Origin: Azolla caroliniana
Taxonomy: Eukaryota; Plantae; Polypodiophyta
Direction of reading: 5' to 3'
NCBI GenBank assembly: GCA_043228905.1
Contig: JBHGNT010000007.1
Coordinates: forward strand, 372,001-436,000
DNA length: 64,000 nucleotides
Below are positions 48,676-61,640 of the stretch, piece by piece. Below the pieces are notes generated by a model. The model worked only from the letters and a program-made list of their open reading frames with translations. It had not been told where the DNA came from and ran no database searches. The first letter of the stretch is position 1. Each line of letters opens with the position of its first letter. A program made the translations under genes and the position numbers.

Positions 48676-51122
48676 AGATATTGAAGAACAATTCTTGAAT
48701 TTTAACTCTTAACAAACTTTGTGAATGGGAGTTTTAAGATAGGCATATGAAGTACAATCATCATATCAACATAAGAATAATTTTGATATGCCTAGCTAAG
48801 CTTTACAAGTTAGCTATTCCACTTCATAGTTATGTAAAGAAGATGAGTGTGTATGTTTCATCACATTAAAGATAGAATAAATTAATGATATCGCCACTTA
48901 CCTTCTTGATAGAACCCTAAATCCTCTGATATGTATATTATTTATGGTATCTCTCTTGTGCCTTGTATTGAGTTTGTGTCCTAAGCATTGCATATAGAAT
49001 AAAAGCACAAGGTGCTAGATTGCAGTCCTCGGCATTGCAGTTCTAACACAAACGAGGTTTCCTCAACCAGTGCAGGTGGCAAGGACTTCGCAAGTCCTGC
49101 ACATTCTTTAGAGCAACTGACAATTTATAGTGTAGGCATGTGTGATGAAAGGATAAAACTAGAGTATTTGAGGTGCACAGTCACCTTATCATGTGTGGCT
49201 GGAAAACATGATACAATATCTCTTTGCATGGGGTGAACAACCTTGTCAATTGGAGGATTGAAAAAATCCAAGCAATATTCTAAGCACATACATTTTCTCT
49301 ACATCATTATAAATTATCATCTAGGGTTGAGGCTTAAATGGAAATGTCAGATGGTGAGCATCAAGGAGTGTAATTTTATCTTCTTGTGAGAAAGTGTAGT
49401 TAGATCTAGATTAGGAGTTCTTTATGGGCATTATCAGATGATGAAGATTTTGATTACTCTCACTCTTGCAGTCATTTTCAGCACTTTTGTAGTTTCTGGA
49501 ACCATGTGGTATGGTTTTGCTGCCACTCCAATTGAGAGAGATTTATGAATCTGCTCTATAGCAAGACTGCAACTCTGATTCTATCTGAAGCTTGGTGTAA
49601 GATTCCAGAGAACTGAGCCTTTGATGATTACATTGGTAACAATCCAGCTAAAGGTAGATTATTCAGAGCAGGTGCAATATCAATGGCAAGGTATACAGCT
49701 CTAGGGTGTTTACGCCACCCAATGCTCTCGTACTAGGATATCAAGGGTAGATAGGAGTCAGACTTCCTTAAGACCACATTCACTGGTGAACAACCTAACC
49801 CCACCTATCTATCATAGGGAACCTCAAATCAACCACAGGATGAGGAGTGGACATGGAGGTGCCAAAGAGCCTGTTATCCCCCACATGCACATACGCTCAC
49901 AAGCTGTCAGATTATTAGCTCAAGCCTTCCTTCACACAGCTCCAATACTCTTTGTGAAGCATCCACCCCAGATATAAACTACCCACCTTGGAATATCCTG
50001 TCTGACAGCAGTGAGCAGGCATCCAGCAGCAAATAGTATTTCACCATTGATGCTGACATTATGTGCCATCACTTCCCATATATATCATACACATCAAATC
50101 AAGCAATCAAGGACGTCACCATAAAGCTAAAATGAAGGGCAGAATTTAACAAGACATTCCAGTGGAACCAATCTGCCATCCACCAGACCCCTGTGAACCA
50201 ATGATTCCATTAAAGTCAAGGTGATGCCATTTAACCACTTTCAGAAACGGAATCATCAATCCAACCACCCCAAAGCATTCCCTAACATGCTCCTTGTAAT
50301 ATACTTGAGCAACTTTCATAAAGAATTCGTACAAAAGAATTATAATTTTGAATATTAGATTAAAATTTTCATCGAACCTCAGATTCCTAGCCACCTTGTC
50401 ACATGTAACACTTCAATAGCAACAAGATGCTCACAAATTTGAAGACAACATAATAAGCTATATACAAGTTTAGAAACATGGTTTTACAGAAATTTACATG
50501 ATAAAGCATTCATTCATCTATAAAACAATTCTTGAAAAATGGTTTTACAGAAATTACCGGTGAAAAAAACATTCAATTTTACAAGGCTGAAATAACAATG
50601 CTGAGAGTTTTAGATTAGTAGATCCTCTCAACGATATTTGGTTAACGGATGTGCACTGTATCTTTGGTTTAAATAATCCTAAAACTCTAGTCACAATCTG
50701 AATGGAAACAAATTTGGATGGCTAACTCCTTTTGTGCTCTTTTCATTGAATCATCAATACCATGAGCACACCAAAGACAGTATAAACACAGTATTAAATT
50801 TGAATTCAGCTACTTTGCAGAAGACAGATTTTGAAAACCTTACAAGAATATTATTGTGCCAGTATTTGAGATTTTGACTTATTTACCAACACTATCATTA
50901 ATTACATTGGGAATTTATACACGGATGGATTCCACCCATCTAGTCATTAGAAAAGAACAAAACAATGCAAGATACAATCTGTGTTGTTTTTAAGTGTAAG
51001 CATGATTGCAATTGAAAGTCAAAACCATCACGAATAAACAATGTTTTTAAATTGAAAATCAGACCTTGCATAGTAAAGGGTATCTTCAAGGCGGTCAGCC
51101 ACCATCCACTGTCAAATTTGTA

Positions 51123-51375
51123 GCTTACAACTACAGATTTTTGCCAGAGCTAGTGAAATCCTGAGTACTTACCAAAACAAATATTCTCTAACCTATTAGA
51201 GCCCGCCATAGATCTTACCAGAGGGTATCATATACTTACCAGATGCACTCACCATGAAAAAAGAGGCAATTAGAGAAAAGTGAACAAGGACAAAATGCAA
51301 CTTACAATTGCATGTCATCCATTGGATCATGTGAAGGTGAAATGTTAGAATCAGAAAAGAAGTGCAAACTTACAA
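51123..51375 (-). promoter_or_regulatory. Cluster of seven 5'-splice-site-like motifs at and after the U1-70K stop codon
   Basis: Sense-strand GT at 51373 (GTAAGT), 51305 (GTAAGT), 51252 (G|GTGAGT), 51239 (CTG|GTAAGTAT), 51218 (CTG|GTAAGA), 51172 (G|GTAAGT), 51128 (GTAAGC). Function is inferred. Confidence 0.55.
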
Positions 51376-54300
51376 CTGCATTTCATCCAATGCATCATGA
51401 CTTCGCCTATCTCTGCTGAAAAATACACAATGGACTACTTTTAAATAGCAATACTACAAATAAATGATAGCTCGAAGAAAATTACGGGTCACCTACCTTT
51501 CACGGTCTCGTTCATGCGAGTGAGATCTCCCAATTCGTTCCTTATCTCTTTCTCTGTCTCTATCACGATCACGATCATGATGTCTATCATCACGATCACG
51601 TCGATCACGATCACGTTCACGACCCCTTTCACTTCTATGGTCTCGATCACGATCGCGATCACGCCCATGGTCACGATCACGGTCTCGATCTCGAGACCTT
51701 TCATGATCTCGATCACGATCACGGTCTCTGTCTCCACCACGTTCACTCCTATCGCTACGGTCACGGTCACGGTCACGATCACGTCTTTCTATTTCTCTGC
51801 ATGATCAGGAGAATTACATTACATAATTAAGATCATATTCCAAATAGCAATAATTTCACATGCAAAGCAAATATTGCACCTTTCATCTAGATCACGCAAT
51901 TTCGGTTCTTCACTCCTAGCTTGAGAACCTCCAAGCTGAGGTTCCCTACAAAAGTTGTATCAATGTTACAAAATTCAGAATGCTATCATAAATCTAGAAT
52001 GTAAAAGAACTCGGTTTTACTACCATAAATGTAGAATACAATGAAATTCAAATTATTAACGGAAAATTCTAAAATGTAAATTTGCTTTTACCTTCCAGAA
52101 TACTTTTGATTCACCTCATCACCTCCAACACGAGTTGATCCCAAACCACCACCAAGCCTTCTTGGCCGCCAATTAGGCACGGTTCGTCCCCTCTCTACAT
52201 CAACTAGCACTCTCCTATTGTCAATTTTTCTCCCATCTGCTTGTTTGTATGCATCTGCAACAATGAAAATCATATGACCTTATTATCCTTAACTTAACAG
52301 AAATCAGATAGCAGTTTAAATGCTGGTGAACATTTTACTTTTCATGTCTCGAGTATGCTGATACTCGATAAAAGCATAACCCCTAGGCTTTCCAGTTAAT
52401 TTGTCATTTACTAAGCGAACCTGTGACAAAAGACACAAGAATATTGGGATTACTTCAAAAAAATCTAATAATAGATTTCTCTACTCAATATTCACACTTC
52501 ACGAATGCCAAGCACGGCAATAAAGGCAAGGAATGCCCCTAAGCCGTGCTCACCTTTTGAAAAAAATGAGATTTCGCCACGCAATGTCAGCAATGATGCA
52601 TCCCGTTCATAGTGTTGTAGAAACTCCTAGCAATGAATTTGAGCACCTTGTATGACAAACCCTTACCAAGGATTGAATTTTGAGTGGGTGTTGCCCCACT
52701 GAAGCCAATAAAGTATACTGGCTTAAAATGAACAACTTTATAAAAGAAAAAAATGCCTACCCTCGATACTCACATAAACTTACAATACCCCTGGATGTTT
52801 GAATTTCAAGAGGCTGTTTCTCCATCGATGGCAATATCACCAACTTTATGAACACAATGCCTACCCAAGATGGAGGTATATGATACCACCTGAGGATTAA
52901 ATTTCAAGAGGTTGTTTCTCCATTGATGTGTATAACAAAAGGCGTATAGAGGGACACCAATTTCATAGCAGAAGGAATTTCCTGCCCATGATATTCATAG
53001 GTTGAGGGTTTAATTTCGTGAGGTTGTTTCTCCATTGATGGTAATAGGATATAAAAGCTTGATGGGAACACCAATTTCATAAAATAACTAAATGCCTACC
53101 CATGATGAGCGCAAGGTATATGATGCTGTGAGTGGATGGAATTTCAAGAGGCTGCTTGACGATTGATGCAAGAATTATGTGAAGAGCTTGAAGCTTGAAA
53201 AGATTACAAATTCAATATAACATGGAAGGGTTTGCCTATAACACTCGTGTAAAATTACCTCCGCAACTGTATTCTGCAATCAAGTATCCTTTCTAAGAAG
53301 GTTGTAGTAATAGAAGAACATATCAGCAGAACCAGACCCTTACCCGGGATTATTTAGAAGTTGATGGAGTTGCTACTATGTAAAGCTGTTTTAAAGAAAT
53401 TCTAATATCAATGACACTGACATTAAGTTACCTTCACAGTCGGATTTAACCATTGTGTCTCCTTCTCATGATAATTGTAGTAATAGAAGAGGAGCTTTAA
53501 CATCATGAATATGTTGGTCAACATCGTGAATACCATACCCTTACCAAGGATTTCTTTGATGTTCATGGAGTAGCTACAAGTGAAAGTGATTTTAATGCAC
53601 GCATGCAATAAAAAGAATGAGAAGTCTACCGATAATACTCATGCATAACTCTGCCACTGTATTCAGCACACATGTATCATTTTCTTGATGATGGCCGAAG
53701 AGCAACATGTCTTGAATCCATCCCCTTACCAGGGATTTCTTTAGATTAGGGTGGCTACTATATAAAGTGATTTTATTGGAATTCAAATGAAATATGGAGC
53801 AAAATAAAGAAATGTCAGCCACAAGTCACACATATGATGACCTTCACCCTGATATTCAGGAATTGTGCATCCTCTTCATGATGATTATACTTGTTAAATG
53901 CCAACTCTAACATCTTGAAAATCAATTCCTTACCAGGGATTTCTTCAAAGCTGACCGACTGGCTAACAAATAAAGAGCGTTCTTATATGTAGTTCTAGTA
54001 AAATATAACGTAAAATAAGGAAATTTCTACCCATGATACACACGTGTAAGATTACCTTAACTGATGTACTTAGCAAGCATGTATTATTCTCATGACAGTT
54101 TTGCAGTAGTTGAAGGTAAAACCCCTAACCTCTTGAATAGCGACCCATTACTAATGATTGCTTTAGACTTGAGAAATAATTGTTTCAAAGAAAATATACA
54201 GTAAAATAAGAAAATGCCTTCATACATACTCATGTGCAATGATTACCTCCACCACTGTATTCAGCAATCATGGATCCCCCATCGTGATGATTGTAATAAT

Positions 54301-57300
54301 AGACAGGCAACCTCTGCCATCTTGATCACTAGAACCTTACCAGGGATCATTTTGAAGTAAAGCGTGATTTTAATGCACTGCTAACAAGAAATGCAGTAAA
54401 TGTTTCATAATGAAATTCATACTAGAATGAATGCATAATATGCTCTACATATCCAAGCTCATCCATGGATTCACCTTTTTCCGCTGTCTGTACACCAATA
54501 GGAGATAAATTCTCTCATATTATTTTCCCAAACACAGTATGAATTCAAGTATAACTCATGGAAAAGCTCTGCTATAATCCTGCATTCTCCTTTACTCTCC
54601 TCATATTTCTCAAAGTTATCTTTATTTTCCCAAATACCCCTGATTAGACCCCAGAGCGAAAAAGGGGACAAATTGAGGAAAAAACATGATTGAGAATAGC
54701 ATTTAATTGCGTAAATTGAGAAAGAAGACATGACACAATTTCTCAAATAGCACATATGATTCTTCTAGTGAGGTCACCAAGGCATTAGGCATTAGTGGGT
54801 GGATATGTTATATTAGAGTTTCGTTAACCAATCTCCAACTCAATATTCTATTAGAGACTCTTCATAGGCATTTGATACAACCAAACCTGGTTTTGGCTAT
54901 GAGCACCAAAACTGCAACACTTACCCTTTTAATTGGTCCATAAGCCTCAAATTCCCTTTTGATTTTATGCTCCGTTGTCTCATAGCTCTGAACACCACAA
55001 AGGAACATAACAAGTGTTAAAAAGTTAATTGTTAAGAAAGCAACAATTACCAGGATCGGTTCCTAAACTAATGGCATGAACATTATTAAACATTGACACT
55101 TACAGATATCCAGAGAAAGGGGTAAGGTGTTCCTACAATCAGAATTAGACAATAATACTTACCATTCTTGCCACAAATAATGTTTTATAAGGGTCACCTT
55201 CGATAGCAGTATCATGTTGAGGATCATCTGGAAATCAAAATTAAAACATTGCAAAATGGTGATTAAATGGAAAAAAACAACATTGAGCAACCACATAGTC
55301 CAAATTTAGCATGGAATAACCATACTGGATTAGCTTACATTTCTCTAGCTCCTCTGCCGCTTTCTCAGCTCCTTTTTCCATCCGTAGAGCATGGATGCGA
55401 GCCCTTCGCTGTGTCTGTGAAGAAGAATTTTAACTAGTTGGATAAAGTCACCAATAGTAGTTCAATTAATTTGGTTTATTTATCTTTCTCAAATTACTTT
55501 GTTTATTTTACTATGCCCCCTACAATCTTTCTTCACTTTCTTAAATGTGTGGCAAAATCAAATGCTAGACATCAAATAATGTCACTTTGAAACATACTGG
55601 AGTTTCTCCCTTCGTAACTGGCGGTGCATATTCAGGATCTCCAGGTTCTGCAAAGTGGCTCACAAATTGTCCTATACCTACAATATAACAACAAAGAATT
55701 GAGATGAGAACCAGGTATTGCTGCAGGTTTGACTGCATTCATTTGTCTTTCCTATGTCCTAATTAATAACCTAGGAAAAGGGAGAGAATCATTATTTTAC
55801 AGCAGTTTATAAATATCTAACATTTCCTATGCTTACAATGTAATGAGAACTATACAGATTAATATCAAAAGGAATCATAACATCATGGTAGCTAACCAAT
55901 ACATATGAGTTCAAGAGCTACACCTGTATATGGTGGACATTTTCGCTTTTCTGGAGGAGGTTTATGTTCAATTGGTGGCCGTGCTTCAAAAAGCTTCAGC
56001 AAATTTGCTGTTAACCCTGTTGGATGACTCTGCCCGATCTGTAAACGAAAATTATTTAAACATCAATGATATACCCTTTAACTTTGCAATGAAAACAAGC
56101 TATAGCAACTCTTAAATTGCAAATGTTTCAACTTTCCTACAAATTCATTAAAAATATAGAAAAATAGGAAAATGACTAACTAACCCTGTCTCTGATGAGA
56201 GAGAATGATAAATTTGATTTAGCCACAATGAGAACAAGCTATAACCACATTTTTAATTGCATATGTTTCTACTTTTCTAGATCTTCATTAAAATGGAAAA
56301 ATCGAGAATGTGCAACTAAGCCCACCCACAAAAGATTTCTATCTTTCTAATTCCTAATGAGCACGAATGATTAATATGAGGTTTACAGTCATTAACCTGC
56401 AGTAATATGCAAAATAAATTCAAGTCTCATTTGAGAAAGCAAGAAAAAACCTAACTAAACACTGCAATTTTCAATTTCCTAAGAATTCAGCAAGATATAT
56501 TTCTTTGATAAACAAAGAAAATAATGACAGACTTTATACTGACACTGAAATATAAACATTCTGTGATCTGTATCATCAATTGGAGGTTTTTATTTATTAA
56601 TGTGCCTTTATTGAGAAGAAGAAACGAAATGTTGTAAGAGAACCTTCTGCTTGAGAACCAGTATGTTTTCAGAAAGAAAAGGTTTGAGTTGGATCCCACA
56701 GGAGAAATCTGAACCTTTTTAACATCATCAGTTTCGGATTAAAAGGTCTTCATAATACGAAAAAAAGAATAATCCCTGACTAATGTCAAATCTGAAGCTT
56801 CAATGTCCTTTCTGAGATATCTGAACCTTTTTAAGGTCATTTTTCTTTGATTCTCAGGTCTTCATGATAAAAGAAAGAATAATAACCTCTAAGTAATATC
56901 ACATCTGAAGCTTCAATGTCCTTTCTGATGGTGAAGAACGGAAAAAACTCCAAATTACAGAAAATGCAAAAGAATCGGTGTTGCTGAAGAGAGAGAGAGA
57001 GAGAGAGAGATAGCTTTTTGATGATGAAGACAGAAAGAAACTTATAACTGCGACAAGAAAGTATGCATCTCACAGAAAGAAATTCAACAGATCCAATGTT
57101 ATAAGGGGAGAGCCTGCTTCTTGAGAGAGAGACAGAGAGAAAGAAAGAAAGAAAGAAATGCATCAATCTTAAGCTTTAATGTCCATCTTTTTTATGGAGA
57201 ATAAAAAAGGAAGGAAACTTGTAAAAACTGTAGAGAAAAGAAGTAAATAATATTGAAAGGTCTGCAAGAAGCTGTGCATTTTGAGAGATGTACAGCGAGA

Positions 57301-57521
57301 GCGAGAGAAATACGTTTAATCTGAAGTTTTCTTAAGGCTAATGAGAGAAGCCTAAAGCAAGAAATTTCCAGCAAAGAACTGAAGTTTTTAAAGCAGAGAG
57401 CGAGCGATGTAAAAAAAAATACCAGTTTGAGTTGTTGAACTGTAGCACGATTCTGTGCTTTGGTGCGAGCAGGAGGACCTGCCATGTCCTTACGCATGAA
57501 GGCATCGCCATAGTCTCCCAT
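51370..57521 (-). CDS. U1-70K: U1 small nuclear ribonucleoprotein 70 kDa
   Basis: Exons 57521-57423, 56038-55924, 55677-55598, 55414-55339, 55227-55163, 54987-54925, 52420-52339, 52254-52092, 51945-51880, 51796-51497, 51415(or 51412)-51370. Motifs [63 protein letters not shown] and an RD/RE-rich tail. The last exon is less certain. Confidence 0.96.
52650..54400 (-). repeat. Diverged tandem-repeat array in U1-70K intron 6 (~115-bp and ~200-bp units)
   Basis: CCTTACC(A/C)(A/G)GGAT at 52661, 53338, 53539, 53724, 53928, 54335 (degenerate at ~54145). AATGCCTACCC...AATTTCAAGAGG.TGTTTCTCCAT.GATG units at ~52752, 52856, 52977, 53091. Confidence 0.88.
56708..56927. repeat. ~110-bp tandem duplication in U1-70K intron 1
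   Basis: ATCTGAACCTTTTTAA...GGTCTTCAT.ATA...AAAGAATAAT...ATCTGAAGCTTCAATGTCCTTTCTGA occurs twice. Confidence 0.85.
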
Positions 57522-57959
57522 CTCCCGAAAAAAGCAAACGGCAGCAACGAAACCACGAACTGAGTCAGAGAAACTTCAGCCAGGCGATCGAAAGAACAAA
57601 GAAGAAGGAGGAAAAGCGCGACGAGGCAGCACACGATCGATGGCCGTCTCCTGCTTGCTCTCTGTCGGCCGGTCTGTCTGTCTGTCTGTCGTCCTCGCCG
57701 TCGTTTTACACAGAGCACTGAGCAAGTAGAAGAAACAGCAGGGTCTAGAAGAAACAGCAAACCTAGGTATTTCATAATTTCCTGCGCTACCCCCCTCAGT
57801 TTTCGTTATTACGCAAAAATACCCCCAAAGTTCCCAAATTTGTATGTTTATATGTTATTAAGAGTAATAAAATGAGTTTCGTGACCCAAGAGGATTAGAT
57901 GCACGATAGACATATTTAGTTCTAAATATGAAATTTGTATGTTTATATGTTATTGAGCC

Positions 57960-58190
57960 GAAAACTCCCAAGGTCTTCTCCAACCAAACCGCGCATCCAA
58001 CAAGGTTACTGCAAGAAATATGGAGTGAAATTGTAGCCACTCTAAAAGAGCCAATATGATGGCCTCAAGGGCGGCTCCGGTGCAGTTGAAAGACAACGAA
58101 TGAATAGCCTTCATCCAACAATGGTCGTCCTCTCCCTTTCTTGAGTCAGTGGGCATCCACATAAGATGGAACTATCGCGTCCCTACAGGG
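57960..58190 (+). mobile_element. L1-like LINE ORF2 3'-end fragment upstream of U1-70K
   Basis: Reads LQEIWSEIVATLK.QYDGLKG...VERQR..FIQQWSSSPF across frameshifts, resembling plant L1 C-termini; no flanking gene structure. Confidence 0.45.
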
Positions 58191-60849
58191 ATTTGTGCAT
58201 AATCATCTCATTTGTAAAATTTTATAACTAATGGAAGGAGTTTTTTTTTTGGAAAAAAAAAAACTCCAACGTCTAGATATGACATAGATTTCTGGTGTGG
58301 AGATGACTAAATCGCATGGAAAAACCATGATCCGATAGTTTCTTATTACACGCATGAACGGGTTGCATAGATATGTGTTTGTCCATCTTCTTGACAAATG
58401 AATGTCCACGCGTATTATTCTATTAATGTACTTTGTGGAATAATAGTCTCGTCGATATCTCTTTGTTGATGTATAAAGAGCATATACAATTTTCTTCTCT
58501 ATCCTTGCGTGTGTGCACAAATTAGGGATGCAATGTGACTGCCATCTCTTGGTGTGCTCTTTGTTGATGGTCATTATGTTTTGTCGTTTAGACAACCAAA
58601 AGTTCCCAATGTTTTTTTTAAGCTATTGAAGTAATGAGGATCTAGTCCAAATTATTTTGTGTCATGTTGTTGTAGCAATATATGTTTATCTGTGGGACCC
58701 TTGTACTCCAATATTGACTATTAATATTTTAAGGACATACAACTTTTTATCGATCTTGCTCATATTTCGTATTTGGGGTGGGTGCAATGTGATTAACAAT
58801 GTTTTGTCTATCGTGGTCCATACACGAATGGACAATATCCTACTCGTTATCCTTGGTCAATATATTTTCATTGTTTTCTGAGGGAATATTTATTGCGAAA
58901 ATACGTGGTCATAATATAAATGAACTTGTTATGAGCAATGGAGCTCCTCCTTGCCTTTGGAGATGAGTTTCTGGGCAAGGATTAAAAAAGGCCTAAACTC
59001 TAATGATTTCTAAGTACATTAATTGTTTTATCTAGTCATCCTCTTTTGAATTGTGAGATAATCACTTACATTACATGTGCATGGAACAACATAAAAAACA
59101 CCCATCTCAACCACTTCAAAATTTGCTATGAATGAGAATGTTCCCTAAAATGAAGGACGTGACTTTGAGACAAAATATAACTTATCCATCTTATAAAACG
59201 TCATATACATTATCGCTTTTAAGTGACAACTGGTAAATAGGTACAATATCTACATTGCATCTTCTTCATAGCAAAAAAATCTCTATTAGATGTGCAAGAA
59301 TCTAACAAATAATTGTTCACGTATGTACACACACGTTGATTTGTAATGGATTTATAGCCTTAACCAATAAGGCACATTCTGTCCTATAGTTGAACTATCA
59401 CTTTGGAGCCATGGGTCTCATATAGATGAAATATCACTTTGATGGTATCGTGAAGAGCATAAAAAAAGTGCAAGATGTAGCTAAATACTAAAATTATTGT
59501 TTCGCCATTGACAAAGAATAGGTGAAGGATCAATATAAGCATAATTGAGATATGTTTCGAAATCCGATAGTTATCGAGCGAAAAATCAATGGTTGGTCAC
59601 AATATAATGGTTTTAACCAAAATATCGTTTCTGAAATAAAATTGAAATAAAATAGTTGCCTATCATTTTTGTTAGATTTCATTGTTGGTTTAGAGTAGAA
59701 GGTTGATGATTTAGGATAGATTTAATTAGTTAGAGATTGAGCTTTAGATGCCACTTGTGGTCTCTCATGTGTTTGTGAGTTTGGTTGACAACAAATTTGA
59801 CCTAATGGATATTTGGATTATGCCTATTAGCAACTTTGGAATTGCGCCTATTAGCAAATGAACTTAAATGGGAAATTGGATTGTGTGAATAAACAAATAA
59901 ATTGAACTTAACAGCAAAATTGGAAAATGCTTAAGTTGGACCAACAATGTCTAGCATTCAATGGTTAACTTCTAGAAATGGTCTTGAAACCACAAAGTGG
60001 GTAACTATAAACTCACTTGAGGAGTGATGTCCTCTTTAGGCATCGCTCCTCCTATGTTACTCAGTTCTACCTACAACAAGTATTTATGTAAGTTCAATGA
60101 TTCTCTTTATATTTGGTTGCATTAAATACTTTAAGACTTTTGACATTCATTTTCAAAACTGTTTATATTTTAGCTACATATATTGGTGCCTTTTGCAAGG
60201 TATGTGCTTCATAAATAGACAATTGTTTGTTCATGAATTAATGCTTGTTACTTGTGGGTTTGTGTAGTCAACTATGTCAACCACAAGAGTGATTTTTTTT
60301 CTAGTTTTCAAGCTTTAGTTGCTATGTGTTAGATTGTCTTCAATTGACTATTTGCAACCCTTAAACAGTGCAACTACTAAGGAGGTTGGTCATAAACCAG
60401 TTGAAGCAGAAGATGTTTTGTCTTCTAGTTGTCATGTAGTTAGACATGTGTGTGGGCAAGAAAGAGCTAGGCCATTAGAACATACTATTAGGTCCAACAT
60501 TCTAAGTTATATTGCTTAATCACTTAGGACATACATCACACAACACGTATTTAGTTACTACATTAGATTAAGGAACAACCTAAGATTGTGTACATGGAAT
60601 ATGAATATATTGGTAATTACCCATGTTTTTTTACCAAGGTTAAGTTCTAACTTTCAACTTAAATAAATACTTCGGTATAGTGTAAAATAACCCCACTTAT
60701 AAATTATACCTTTGTCCCATATGGCATGCTCCAAACATTGCAATTATGCATGTTGAGTGTTATTCTTTATGTTACCCAAAGAACTTAGATTATGCACGAT
60801 CTAAGTCTAAATCCCAATAATTATCTTAGCGGACCTTTTTGTCACAGCT

Positions 60850-61640
60850 TAGAATAGCTTGAACCACATGGCCTTCCAATATATACCAAATCATAAAACT
60901 ACTTTTCAATTGTCATATTCCAGTTTTACCAATAACTATTCGTGGATTCAAGGGTATTGTTGTTTTTTTGCATCATACCATATCTCGGATAAATCTTTTC
61001 TATATTTCCATTGCAAAATCACAATTCCCAAAATAATGTTGCTTAACAGTCTCCATTGGATGCATACAAAATTGACATATATTGAGACATATTGAGCCAA
61101 CACATTGCATGCCTACGAGATGATGGCTTCACCGTCACAAACCCAAAAACAAAAACCATGTTGATGTCAAATGCTAAGAAAGTGGCAAAGTTTGTCCATA
61201 TATCCTTCATTTTGAACTTGACAACGAGTAGAGTCTCTATATTTATTGATTGCAAATGAGCTTTCTCCTCCAACCACTGGGTCATTGATGTATGAGAGGA
61301 TAATGTTGTGTCATTGGAATTGTGTCACACATAGAATGGCGTGTCTAACTAATGCATGCAAAACATGAGAGTGATACTATGTTATCATCAAGTGCCACAC
61401 TCTAGGAGCTTGTATGAGACCCACAAATTGGTTTCTTGAGTTGAGATTGGTCGTGTGGGGCAAGCTTTTGACATGAATCCAACTAGTTTTACCGTATACA
61501 CTACTTGCTAAGGTGTTATTCACATCCATTTGGTGGAAATACCACCCCTTGGTCATAAATAAAAGCAAGCATAGTTCATACATTCGTCATATTCTTGACG
61601 AGCATGAAAATCTCATTGTAGTCAATGCCATGCGTTTGTG
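60850..61640 (-). mobile_element. Decayed Ty1/copia reverse-transcriptase fragment
   Basis: GWYFHQMDVNN and GLIQAPRVWH (ORF 61377..61583) and KFKMKDI (ORF 61043..61285) are copia RT hallmarks. Confidence 0.75.

Noticed and set aside
51232-51242. U1 snRNA gene on the + strand (ATACTTACC)
   Set aside because: Only the first ~10 nt match; no stem-loops I/II or Sm site follow. It is the complement of a donor site on the minus strand.
51489-51804. ORFs with VIVIE or ITIT repeats
   Set aside because: Alternative-frame and antisense readings of the RD-repeat exon of U1-70K.
3635-57521. Functional cluster of splicing genes (UBP1 and U1-70K)
   Set aside because: They are separated by six unrelated genes; nothing suggests more than chance linkage.
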